From a virus (taxonomy: Duplodnaviria; Caudoviricetes), in the IMG/VR virus record IMGVR_UViG_3300005058_000167, positions 1-36,398 of that record: 36,398 nucleotides of DNA; one strand, written 5' to 3'. A model generated the notes under the pieces. It worked only from the letters and a program-made list of their open reading frames with translations. It made no database searches and had not been told where the DNA came from. Below are positions 26,758-35,853 of the stretch, one piece after another (positions within the stretch are counted from its first letter, which is position 1; every line of letters starts with the position of its first letter). A program made the position numbers and the translations under genes.

Positions 26758-27125
26758 TGGTTCGCTTTCTGATCGGCCTGTGCCTGCTGGCTGCCTTCGT
26801 CATCTGGATGGCCGAGAAGAAGGTTCGCCGCTTCTTCGGCCTGCCGACTGGGGAGAACTGCGCTACCTGGGCGGCCGATCATTTTGACTACGATGGCGGC
26901 GATGGCCTGGTGTTTCACCGGACGGTGTCCGAGTCGAAGCTGCGCTTTCCGCACGTCGTCATCATGCGCGGCGCCCGCCAGGCTGAGCGCCAAAGCATCG
27001 AGCTGATCGAGTATGTGCCCAAGGTTCGCATCATGGGCAAGCAGATTCCACCGCGCCATTTCGATGGCGTGGTCAAGCGGCGGCGCTACGTTGCCGATCA
27101 TCATCACCAACCCTCTGGAGAATGA
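26757..27125 (+). CDS. Hypothetical protein with N-terminal membrane anchor
   Basis: TGATG-coupled to recombinase; N-terminal hydrophobic helix. Confidence 0.7.
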   Translation: MVRFLIGLCLLAAFVIWMAEKKVRRFFGLPTGENCATWAADHFDYDGGDGLVFHRTVSESKLRFPHVVIMRGARQAERQSIELIEYVPKVRIMGKQIPPRHFDGVVKRRRYVADHHHQPSGE

Positions 27126-27126
27126 C

Positions 27127-27423
27127 ATGTCCGTCCTACGCCTCAAGCACCCGATCCAGATCGGCAAAACGACCATCGACAAGCTGACCTTCCGTGACTA
27201 CACGACGGCCGGCGACTACCTTTCTTTCGACCAGCGCGGTGGCGTGGCCCAGCGTATCTCGCTGATCGCCAGCCTGACCGGCACCGATGAAGCGCTGATC
27301 AAGCAGTTGCGCGGTCCGGATTACCGTAAGGCCGAGAAGATCGCCGATGACCTGATCAATGCCGATGAGGAAGGCGATGACCAGGGCGAAGGCGGTGCTG
27401 AAAAAAAGTCGTCCGAATCCTGA
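27127..27423 (+). CDS. Tail assembly chaperone (Mu gp41-like)
   Basis: LKHPI, LTFR..TAGD, LIASLTG; GGAG RBS; before tape measure. Confidence 0.85.
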   Translation: MSVLRLKHPIQIGKTTIDKLTFRDYTTAGDYLSFDQRGGVAQRISLIASLTGTDEALIKQLRGPDYRKAEKIADDLINADEEGDDQGEGGAEKKSSES

Positions 27424-27548
27424 TGGCGGCCGGGCTGATGATGAACGTGATGCATCAGCCGATGCCGGTCATTGAGGCCATGCCGCTGCAGAAGCTGTAT
27501 GTATTTGCCAAACTGGCGGCAGCCATGAGCGGCCGAAAGTTCGAATAG
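27400..27548 (+). other. Programmed -1 frameshift site and chaperone C-terminal extension
   Basis: GAA AAA AAG (A AAA AAG); -1 frame reads VVRILMAAGLMM...SGRKFE to TAG 27548. Confidence 0.8.
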
Positions 27549-27559
27549 CCTGACCATCC

Positions 27560-27608
27560 GGCTGGAAACGTTTCCAGCCCTGCCAGCGGGAATCCCGCGA
27601 ATTAAGCT
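27560..27608 (+). promoter_or_regulatory. Late promoter 3 (tape measure/baseplate)
   Basis: GGCTGGAAACGTTTCCAGCC; 24 nt after the 18-bp core, TAAGCT. Confidence 0.78.
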
Positions 27609-27637
27609 CCAGATACCCTGTGTCTGGAGCTTTTTTC
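27604..27637 (+). terminator. Hairpin + U-tract overlapping the -10 and tape measure RBS
   Basis: AAGCTCCAGATAC/GTGTCTGGAGCTT stem ending in a T6 run. Confidence 0.7.
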
Positions 27638-29785
27638 ATGTCGAATACCTCAGCCGTCGATGTCGAAGTCCGCCTGCGGCTGAAGGACGATGCGACCGCC
27701 AACATGCGCGCCGTCGAGAAGACGGCTGCAACGATTTCCGACCGGGTGGCGACCGCCACAGAGCGCGCCGCCCGCCGTGCGGCCGAGGCGACCGAGCGGG
27801 GCAACGCCCGTCAGCGGACATCCTACGAGAAGACGGCACAAGCCCGCGAGACGCTGTCGATCCGTAGCGAGCGGGCCATCCAGCGCGAAATCCAGCAGAC
27901 CGAAGCTGCCTATGGCCGCCTGGCCAAGGCCGGATTCGCCAGTGCCCAGGAACAGGAGCGCGCCTATGCCGCCGTTCAGTCGCGCATCACGCGGCTGACC
28001 AATGAAATGGGCAAGCTGACCGCTGCCCAACGCAAAGCCGCCGACGAAGCCAAGCGCATGGCGCAGATCGAGGCCGATATTGCGCGTGGGCAGCGGGTGA
28101 TACGAGCAGGCGCTGCAGGCGTGGCTGGCGTTGGTGCAGGGGCTTATACGTTGGCGGCACCGGCAGGCCGCGCAATGACCTTTGATGAGCGGCTGGCGCA
28201 CATGGCCAACACGGCCTTCGCCGAACGTGATGCCGCTGGCCGCCAGATCGGGAGCAAGCAACTCGAAGCCGCAGTGAATCGTGCTGTCGGCCGGGGCGGT
28301 GGCGGCACCCGCGATCAGGCTGCCGAGGCTCTGGACACGATGATCGCCAGCGGGGCGATGCCGGCAAGTTCGGCGATGCGCATGCTGCCGCAGATCATGC
28401 GCTTTGCCAGCGCCTCGAATGCTGACGCAAATCAACTCGCTCAGATTGGCATTCGCTCCATGCAGACCTTCCGCATCAGTGCGGATGACATGCCGAACGT
28501 GCTGAATATGGCGATTGCGGCCGGTCAGGAAGGAGGCTTCGAACTCCGTGACATGGCGAAATGGCTGCCACAGCAGATGGCTGCCGCAAGCATGTCCGGA
28601 ATGAGCGGGCGATCTGGTTTTGCCAAACTGGCTGCACTCAACCAGGCAGCGGCAATCACGGCTGGCAGCAAGGATGAGGCGGGTAACAACGTCGTCAATC
28701 TGCTGGCGAAGATCAATTCGAGCGATACGGCGAACGATGCCAAGAAGCTCGGTATCGATCTGCCGAAATACCTGCAGCAGCGCCGTGCCAAGGGGGTTGA
28801 TGCCGTCGACGCCTTTGGTGAGCTGGTCGATAAAACCGTTTCTGGTCGTGCCGACTACAAGGCGTTGCAGGCGAAGCTGGCCGGGGCCAAGACGGATGCG
28901 GATAAGCGAGCCACGCTGGAGAGTATGGCCACCATTGCCCAGGGGTCTGGCATCGGCAAGCTGGTGCAGGACCGTCAAGCCATGATGGCGCTGCTCGGCA
29001 TGATGAACAACCGCGAGTACATGCAGAAGGTGCTCGGTACGGTGCGCGCCAACGATGTGGCGACCGGCGGTGCGGGTGACAAGAACTACGAGACGATTTC
29101 TGCCACCAGCTCGTTCCAGTTGCGCCAGGCGATGGAGCAAAAGGAAATCGGCCAGAAGGCGGCGATGGACAGCCTGACGCCGGCCATCGGTAAAGCGGCC
29201 GAGGCATTCAGCGACCTGGCCAGCAAGTATCCCTTGATGACCGGCGTCACAACCTTGGCGACGACAGCGCTGGCGGCGCTGGCTGGCGCTGCAGGTATGG
29301 CGACGCTGGCGATGGGTGGTCAGGCGCTGGGCGCCGGTGCCATTAGCAAATACGCCGGCTCGATTGCCGGGAGCGCTACGGCTCAAACCGCGATGCGGGT
29401 CGGCAAGGTCGGCGGTATCGCCGGCCTCGGGGCGATGGCGGGTGACTACGCCCTGGAGAAGGGTTTCGGCGCTGACTCGGCGATTTCGCGGTATGGCTCA
29501 AGTGCCCTGAACGGTGCGGCCATTGGCGCCACGATTGGCAGCGTCGTTCCGGTCATCGGTACCGGTGTCGGGGCGCTGGCTGGCGGCGCGCTGGGTGCGG
29601 CCGTGCAGGGCTTGATCGATCTGCAGCGGTCACTGCGCCCGGCAGAACAGAAGCCGCTCGATGTGAATGCCAGGCTGCAGGTCGGTCTCGCGCCGGGCCT
29701 GGTGCTGCAGTCGCAGAGCATGGATGCCAATGGCGGCAAGGTCTACATGAATACCGGCAACATGAATACGGGAGCACCGGGATGA
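27638..29785 (+). CDS. Tail tape measure protein
   Basis: ~715 aa, Ala-rich, AGQEGGFELRDMAKWLP, hydrophobic C-terminal region. Confidence 0.92.
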   Translation: MSNTSAVDVEVRLRLKDDATANMRAVEKTAATISDRVATATERAARRAAEATERGNARQRTSYEKTAQARETLSIRSERAIQREIQQTEAAYGRLAKAGFASAQEQERAYAAVQSRITRLTNEMGKLTAAQRKAADEAKRMAQIEADIARGQRVIRAGAAGVAGVGAGAYTLAAPAGRAMTFDERLAHMANTAFAERDAAGRQIGSKQLEAAVNRAVGRGGGGTRDQAAEALDTMIASGAMPASSAMRMLPQIMRFASASNADANQLAQIGIRSMQTFRISADDMPNVLNMAIAAGQEGGFELRDMAKWLPQQMAAASMSGMSGRSGFAKLAALNQAAAITAGSKDEAGNNVVNLLAKINSSDTANDAKKLGIDLPKYLQQRRAKGVDAVDAFGELVDKTVSGRADYKALQAKLAGAKTDADKRATLESMATIAQGSGIGKLVQDRQAMMALLGMMNNREYMQKVLGTVRANDVATGGAGDKNYETISATSSFQLRQAMEQKEIGQKAAMDSLTPAIGKAAEAFSDLASKYPLMTGVTTLATTALAALAGAAGMATLAMGGQALGAGAISKYAGSIAGSATAQTAMRVGKVGGIAGLGAMAGDYALEKGFGADSAISRYGSSALNGAAIGATIGSVVPVIGTGVGALAGGALGAAVQGLIDLQRSLRPAEQKPLDVNARLQVGLAPGLVLQSQSMDANGGKVYMNTGNMNTGAPG

Positions 29786-30939
29786 GCTGGATTGATCGCG
29801 TGGCCACGGCGTCTTTCCGGGGCTTTGAATTCCTGACCGACAGCCACGATGCCCGAAGCGGCCGGCGCCTGGTCGTGCATGAGTTTCCAGGGGCCGATGT
29901 GCCCGAGGTCGAGGACTTGGGCGGTAAGGCCTGGAACTGGCGACTGAACGCCTATTTCATCGGGCCGGACTATGACCTGGAGCGTAACGGCTTCCTGGCC
30001 AAGCTGGCCGAGCCGGGCGCCGACTGGCTGAATCATCCGTGGTTCGGCCTGTTGTGGGTGCGGGCGCAAAGCTGGTCGGTGCAGGAGAGTAACGACAAGG
30101 GCGGGTATTGCACGGTCAGCATCGAGTTCGTTGAGGGCGGCGGGAGCATCCAGCCACGGACGGACCGGGTCGATGTGGCCATCCGGCGCCTGGCTGATTT
30201 CTCGCTGGCGTCGATTGATGATTTCAGTCTGGAGGCAATGAGTGCGGGCGGCATGACGGCATTCGTGGCGACGGTGAGCAACAAGCTGGAAGTGTTGCGC
30301 GATGCGATTGCACTGGCGACATTGCCGCTGACCTGGGCGAGCCAGATTCGCACCCTGGGTGCGGGCATCCAGGGCGACCTGAATGCCTTGATGGCGATGC
30401 CGAGCCAGTACGCGACGGCGCTGGCCGGCTTCGCGAATCTGCTGGGTGTCGGATCGGATCGCGACGACGTGGCTGATACGGATCGGCCGCGCCTGGTGCG
30501 ATGCGTGGCCACGGCCGCAAGCTCGGGCGCCCGGGTGGCGGTCGACGGGATTGCGGCGACGAATGGCGCTGTCCGGCGCAACCTGATTCGCGAGGAGGCT
30601 TTGCGTAGCCGTTTGCTGGTCACGGCGGCGGCCCAGATCGCGCTGGCTGACTACCGGGCAGCCGGTGATCGTGATGCGGCTTTGGCGACGGCAGTCAGCG
30701 CGCTGGACGCTTTGTTGCCGAGTTTGGCCGATGCGGTGTTCGAGGTGGCGGTAGCGGCGCGGGCGGCGTTAATTGAGGCGTTGCTGGCGCAGGACTTGCA
30801 GCCGGCGATGGTGCGTGATGTGAGCGGTCCGCTGCCGGCGACGCTGCTGGCGCACCGCATGCAGGTGGATGAATCGGTGTTCCTGGCCAGGAACACGGTG
30901 CGGCATCCGCTCTTCGTGTCGGGGCGTGTTTATGGATGA
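29782..30939 (+). CDS. DNA circularisation protein (Mu gpN-like)
   Basis: ASFRGFEF, GRRLVVHEFPG, EDLG, LNHPWFG. Confidence 0.92.
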   Translation: MSWIDRVATASFRGFEFLTDSHDARSGRRLVVHEFPGADVPEVEDLGGKAWNWRLNAYFIGPDYDLERNGFLAKLAEPGADWLNHPWFGLLWVRAQSWSVQESNDKGGYCTVSIEFVEGGGSIQPRTDRVDVAIRRLADFSLASIDDFSLEAMSAGGMTAFVATVSNKLEVLRDAIALATLPLTWASQIRTLGAGIQGDLNALMAMPSQYATALAGFANLLGVGSDRDDVADTDRPRLVRCVATAASSGARVAVDGIAATNGAVRRNLIREEALRSRLLVTAAAQIALADYRAAGDRDAALATAVSALDALLPSLADAVFEVAVAARAALIEALLAQDLQPAMVRDVSGPLPATLLAHRMQVDESVFLARNTVRHPLFVSGRVYG

Positions 30940-31969
30940 GGCTGTTGTCGAGCTGCGCTTCGATGGCCAGCGCCATGCGTACTGGCAGCGGGTGGATATC
31001 CGTGAGTCGGTGGATGATCTGTGTGCCTCGGTGCATCTGGCGTATGCCAAGCCCGGGGTTGGCGATGCGCTGGGCCTGACGCCGAATACGGTGGTCGAGG
31101 TGTTGGTTGGTGGCGAAGTGGTGAGCACGGCGCGTTCCGACAGCCGGCGCCGGAAGGTGGATGGCGAGAGCCACGAGCTGCGCTTCAATGGTCGCTCGCT
31201 GGCGCGTGAGCTGGTGGATTGCCAGTATTCGAAAACGCTCTCCGGATTGAAGCTGGGCGAGATTGTGAAGCGCCTTTGCAAGCAATTTGAAGTGCCTGTG
31301 AAGATCGATGCGGAGACGACGGTCGTACCGGATTTTTCGATGCAGTGCGAGGTGCCGGCCAATGCCTTGATCAACGCGGTGCGCGCTTCGAACCTGCTGC
31401 TGTACCCGTTGCCGGATGGTGGCTTGATCCTGACCAAGCCGAGCGAAGCGCTGCCGGTGAGCACGCTGCAGTACGGGGTGAACATCAAGTCGTATGAGGT
31501 GATCGATGAGGACAAGCTGCGCTTCTCCGATTACACGATCAAGGGCTACGACTATGGCGCCAATGCGGCCTTGAAGGGTGCGGCGCGAGATCCCGGAATC
31601 ACCTTTTTCCGCCCGATGCATGTGGTGGCTGACAAGCATGGCCAGGGGCTGGGCAGTTGCGAACGCCGGGCGATCCTGGAGCGCAATCGGCGGCTGGCCA
31701 GAGCGCATCGCATCGAGCTGGAGGTTCCGGGCTGGCGTTACCAGGATGGTGATGGGGAATGGCATCCGTGGGCGATCAATACACAGGTGCGGGTGATCAT
31801 TCCTGGCGAGGATATCGATGGGGTTTTCCTGATCGGCGAACGGGCTTTCCGGCTGGATGACCGGGGCGGCCACATCACGATGCTGCAGGTGATGCATCGC
31901 AATGCCTTCATGGGCGAGGACAAGAAGAAGGCCAAGCGCGGGGCCGGGGTGAAGGGAGCCAGTAAATGA
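30932..31969 (+). CDS. Baseplate hub (Mu gpP/gp44-like)
   Basis: GRSLARELVDC, RFSDYTIKG, WAINTQVRV. Confidence 0.9.
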   Translation: MDEAVVELRFDGQRHAYWQRVDIRESVDDLCASVHLAYAKPGVGDALGLTPNTVVEVLVGGEVVSTARSDSRRRKVDGESHELRFNGRSLARELVDCQYSKTLSGLKLGEIVKRLCKQFEVPVKIDAETTVVPDFSMQCEVPANALINAVRASNLLLYPLPDGGLILTKPSEALPVSTLQYGVNIKSYEVIDEDKLRFSDYTIKGYDYGANAALKGAARDPGITFFRPMHVVADKHGQGLGSCERRAILERNRRLARAHRIELEVPGWRYQDGDGEWHPWAINTQVRVIIPGEDIDGVFLIGERAFRLDDRGGHITMLQVMHRNAFMGEDKKKAKRGAGVKGASK

Positions 31970-32553
31970 TTGACCAGGTGTTTTCCAGGCTGAAACTACT
32001 TTTCGCCAAGAGCAAGGGCCTGCGGATCGGCGCTGACAAGGTGCAGGTGCGTGTCCTCGACGATGAGCCGCTGAGTAATGTCGAGCGCGTCGAACCGTAC
32101 GGCTTCTCTTACATGCCGCACCCAGGGTGCCAGGCCTACCTGGCCTTCCCGCAGGGTGACCGCTCCTACGGCATCGCGCTGGTGATCGGCGACAAGCAGT
32201 ACCAGATGGACCTGCAACACGGCGAGGTGGCGATTCACGACGACGAAGGGAACTACGTTCATATCCAGCGCGGCGGCGTGATCGAGGTCAAGGCGGCGAC
32301 CAAGGTGCTGGCCGATACGCCGCTGTTCGAGACGACGCACGATGTGCTGATCGGCGGCGACCTGGTCGTGAGAGGGCAGACGACATCCGATGAGGGATAC
32401 GGCGGCGAGGGTGGCGGGCGCGCCTGGCTGCGCAATGGGGCGCTGATTGATGTCGGTCTTGAGGTGAACGGCACGTCGATCTGCAATGGCAAGAACGTGA
32501 GCGACAGCCATACCCATGCCGAGACGAACAGCCACACGATGGGAGTGGATTGA
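31966..32553 (+). CDS. Baseplate spike (Mu gp45-like)
   Basis: EPYGFSYMP, GEVAIHD, C-terminal HTH metal-binding motif (SHTHAE). Confidence 0.9.
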   Translation: MIDQVFSRLKLLFAKSKGLRIGADKVQVRVLDDEPLSNVERVEPYGFSYMPHPGCQAYLAFPQGDRSYGIALVIGDKQYQMDLQHGEVAIHDDEGNYVHIQRGGVIEVKAATKVLADTPLFETTHDVLIGGDLVVRGQTTSDEGYGGEGGGRAWLRNGALIDVGLEVNGTSICNGKNVSDSHTHAETNSHTMGVD

Positions 32554-32963
32554 TGCTGAAACTGGTACAGACGGACTGGGGCCAGTTTGACCTGGCGTAC
32601 GACGATCCGGCCAATGACGATGCGGCGGCTGCGGTGGCCACGGTGATCTATGCGACGCTATTCACGGATGCCGAGGCGCCGGCAAGCCGGGAGCCGGATA
32701 TCTACCTGCGCCGTGGCTGGTGGGCCGATTCGGCGGCCGGAACCGGCTTGTGGCATGTTCGGCGCCAGCCCCTGGGCGATGCTGCGCGGGCGGAAACGTT
32801 GGCGATGATTCGCCGGGCGCTGGCGGATGCCGATCCGGCGCTGACGGGCGTGGTGGTTGAGGATGCATCCGGTCCGGCCGCGTCTGGAAACGTTTCCAGC
32901 ATGGCAGTGACGGTTTCTGGCTTCCACAATGGGCGCCAGTTCCTGGTGAAAGTGCCACTGTGA
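32553..32963 (+). CDS. Baseplate protein (Mu gp46-like)
   Basis: LFTDAEA, RRGWWAD, GTGLW. Confidence 0.88.
   Translation: MLKLVQTDWGQFDLAYDDPANDDAAAAVATVIYATLFTDAEAPASREPDIYLRRGWWADSAAGTGLWHVRRQPLGDAARAETLAMIRRALADADPALTGVVVEDASGPAASGNVSSMAVTVSGFHNGRQFLVKVPL
32883..32930 (+). promoter_or_regulatory. Late promoter 4 (intragenic, upstream of baseplate J)
   Basis: TCTGGAAACGTTTCCAGC (17/18), 24 nt, CACAAT. Confidence 0.7.
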
Positions 32964-34006
32964 CCTACTACGTCCGCCCTGGTTATTCCGATTTGAAGAC
33001 GCGCATCGAGGCTGATCTTGCGGCCCTGCCGGCGGTCTTGCGCGTGCCCCTGGCCAGCGCCTGGGCAAAGGCCTGCCATGGCGAGCATGGGCATCTGGAT
33101 TGGATCGACAAGCAGTGTTCGCCGCTGACCTGCGAGCTTGAGCGTCTGTATGACTGGGCATCGCTGTATGGGGTTGAACGGCTGATGGCGACGGCGGCGA
33201 CCGGCATCGTCATGGCCACCGGCACGGCCGGTGCTCAGTTGTTGGCTGGAACGGCGTTGCGCGGGCAGAACGGACTCGATTACACCGTGCAGGCTGCAGT
33301 GACATTGGGTGCAGGCAACACGGCGGTTACCGTCCGTTGTGCCGAAGCTGGTGCGGCAGGCAACCAGGCGGCCGGATTGACGCTCACCCTGGTTGATCCG
33401 GTTCCGGGTGTCGATGGCACGCTGACCGTTGATGTTGGCGGCTTGAGCGGCGGCGCTGCTGACGAGAACATTGAAGACTGGCGCGCTCGGGTGGCTGAGG
33501 AGTGGCAGGTGGTCACGACGCGCGGGGCGCGGTCAGGCAAGCTGGACGACTATCGCTTTTGGGCGCGTGCTGCGCATCCGTCGGTAACCGGTGCGCTGGT
33601 GCAGCCGCATGCCTTGGGCGTGGGCACGGTGTTGGTCCGGCCGATCTGCAACGGGCTGACGGACCGGGCGCCTTCGCCTTCCGTGCTGGCGGCGGTGGCG
33701 GAATACTTTTATTCGATTGCGCCAGCTACGGCGGACTGGCGCTTGGCGGCCCCGGTCAGACATGCCGTGGCGGTGACCATTGATCTGCTGCCAGCGGCCG
33801 ACACGATTGACAACCGCAACGCGATCACTGCGGCATTGACGGCCGTCGTGCTAGCCGAGTCAAGCGAAGACTCGTTGCTCGCCATGGCCGAGATTGATGC
33901 GGCGATTGCTACGGTGACCGATCAATACACGCGCCTCGCGCCAGTGGCAGATATAGCCGTGGCGGCCGGCGAGGTGCTGGTGCTCGATCCGGTGACCTGG
34001 GCATGA
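32960..34006 (+). CDS. Baseplate J-like wedge (Mu gp47)
   Basis: GAAGN, GGAADE, DYRFWA, GVGTV. Confidence 0.92.
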   Translation: MTYYVRPGYSDLKTRIEADLAALPAVLRVPLASAWAKACHGEHGHLDWIDKQCSPLTCELERLYDWASLYGVERLMATAATGIVMATGTAGAQLLAGTALRGQNGLDYTVQAAVTLGAGNTAVTVRCAEAGAAGNQAAGLTLTLVDPVPGVDGTLTVDVGGLSGGAADENIEDWRARVAEEWQVVTTRGARSGKLDDYRFWARAAHPSVTGALVQPHALGVGTVLVRPICNGLTDRAPSPSVLAAVAEYFYSIAPATADWRLAAPVRHAVAVTIDLLPAADTIDNRNAITAALTAVVLAESSEDSLLAMAEIDAAIATVTDQYTRLAPVADIAVAAGEVLVLDPVTWA

Positions 34007-34581
34007 TCCTGGCAGCGCATTCCGCCCGTGATTTTGCCGAGGCGTTCAAGGCCTTGCTTCCCCCGGGCGCGGCCTGGGAATGGCCGGTTGGTGGCGTTGG
34101 CGATGCGCTGTTGCTGGCTACGGGTGAGGAGCTGGCGCGGATCGATGCTGCTACACAGGGAGTACTCGACCGGGCGATTGACGTGCATCGCCCGAAGACG
34201 AGCAGTTGGCACATCAGCGAATACCGCCGCGTGGCCAGGGAGGCCTTGGGCGACTTGGTCGAGGAAATGCCACGCCGCACATTCGCAGTGGGTTCGACGG
34301 TGGGTGATCGCGTCTGGAGCAGCGCTGCACCTGGCGAGACATTCCCGGTCGATCTGGTTCGCGTCGAGCATCTGCTGCAGCCGCTGCATGTGGGCAGCCG
34401 GGTCGGTGATCGGCTCTATGAGCCGGCCAGCCGCTACGTGGTCCGGGTGTATTACTACCGTTCAGTGGTCAATCCCGATGTTCTGTTCGCCGCGCTGAAC
34501 GATTTCAAGCAGGCGCATGTGCGTCTGCACTTCATCGATATAACCGGAGTAGCTGGAGAGGTTGACTATGGACAGGATTAA
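34003..34581 (+). CDS. Baseplate wedge (Mu gp48/DUF2313-like)
   Basis: ALLPPGAAW, ELARID, KQAHV. Confidence 0.8.
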   Translation: MILAAHSARDFAEAFKALLPPGAAWEWPVGGVGDALLLATGEELARIDAATQGVLDRAIDVHRPKTSSWHISEYRRVAREALGDLVEEMPRRTFAVGSTVGDRVWSSAAPGETFPVDLVRVEHLLQPLHVGSRVGDRLYEPASRYVVRVYYYRSVVNPDVLFAALNDFKQAHVRLHFIDITGVAGEVDYGQD

Positions 34582-35383
34582 CGGAGCAGGCCACGTCGGG
34601 CATTTGTTCGTTGCTGAGGATGCATCGATCAGTCGACCGCCGACCGAGATTACGGCCGAGTGGCTTAATGGGGTACAGGAAGAATTGGTGAAGGTTATTG
34701 AGGCGGCAGGAATAGCGCCAAGCGGCAGTGATTTTGATCAGTTGGTCCGGGCGATCACAAAAGTAAAGGGTTGCCAACGATTCACTGCGAACGGCAATTT
34801 CTCTGTTCCTCAATGGGTGACGACGATCTACGTGTCGGCGTGTGCAGGAGGTGGCGGCGGCGGCGGGGCTCCACCGGGATCGTCCGGTGTCGGCAGCGGT
34901 GGAGGTGGAGGCGGTGCCGGGCAGTCGATTATTCGGCAGCCGTACGCGGTTACTCCAGGTGATGTCATAGCCGTGACAATTGGCGGCGGTGGGCTTGCAG
35001 GAGGAATATCCGGCAATGGCGGCGCCGGAGGTAATACGGTCATTGGTGCGCTCGTCACGCTGTTCGGCGGCCTCGGCGGATTGGCTGGTGTCAATGTTCT
35101 ACAGCCGGCCGCTGGTGGCGGATATGGGGCTGGCTACCCTAACGGCGGGTACGGATCGGATTCCGCAAATGCCTCTGGTGCAGATGGTGGGGTCGGTGCA
35201 CATTCCCCATTTGGCACTGCTGGCGGCATGTCTCGCGGTTCTACGGGGGGGGGGGTCGCTGGGATGCCGGGTTATGGATATGGTGCTGGCGGCAGCGGCG
35301 CTGGCGGGTACTTTATCTCCGGTTCAGGCATCGGCGCCGCTGGCGCAGCAGGCATGCCCGGTATCGTCATTATCGAGTGGTGA
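34568..35383 (+). CDS. Glycine-rich tail fibre protein
   Basis: EWLNGVQEEL..VIEAAGI..DQL N-terminal anchor; Gly-rich domain ending GIVIIEW. Confidence 0.85.
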   Translation: MDRINGAGHVGHLFVAEDASISRPPTEITAEWLNGVQEELVKVIEAAGIAPSGSDFDQLVRAITKVKGCQRFTANGNFSVPQWVTTIYVSACAGGGGGGGAPPGSSGVGSGGGGGGAGQSIIRQPYAVTPGDVIAVTIGGGGLAGGISGNGGAGGNTVIGALVTLFGGLGGLAGVNVLQPAAGGGYGAGYPNGGYGSDSANASGADGGVGAHSPFGTAGGMSRGSTGGGVAGMPGYGYGAGGSGAGGYFISGSGIGAAGAAGMPGIVIIEW

Positions 35384-35385
35384 AA

Positions 35386-35853
35386 ATGAAACTAGCTTAT
35401 TTTGATCCTGCAAACGGTAAGGTGCTTCAGTGGATCGACACCGACGAAATGGCCTATGTCCTGCCGGACGAGTCAATGCTTTATGAATGCAGCGCTACAG
35501 AGTGGGAGGCGCGGCACGATGGCGAAATGATAGTAAAAGATGGCGCCTTAAGGCCGTATATCGGCGATGAAATGACGTCAACTAGAGCGCAGATCATCGC
35601 ACGTTATGAGGCGGCTCTTGATGTTTACCTCGACTCCGTAGCGCAGATGCACCGCTATCGCGACCGCGTGACTTTCGCGTTGCGTTCCGGTTACGCTGGA
35701 CCATGGCAGGAGGAGGGAACTGCATTTGCCATCTGGATGGACGCGTGCAACCTGCAAGCCTTTCAGTTACTCGAAAATGTTTTGGCGGGAAACGCCGAAC
35801 TTCCGACCATCGAAGATTTCATTGGTGGGTTGCCGACTTTCGTACTGCCATGA
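35386..35853 (+). CDS. Probable tail fibre assembly protein
   Basis: Follows fibre; YLDSVAQ, EGTAFAIWMDAC, FIGGLP. Confidence 0.65.
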   Translation: MKLAYFDPANGKVLQWIDTDEMAYVLPDESMLYECSATEWEARHDGEMIVKDGALRPYIGDEMTSTRAQIIARYEAALDVYLDSVAQMHRYRDRVTFALRSGYAGPWQEEGTAFAIWMDACNLQAFQLLENVLAGNAELPTIEDFIGGLPTFVLP

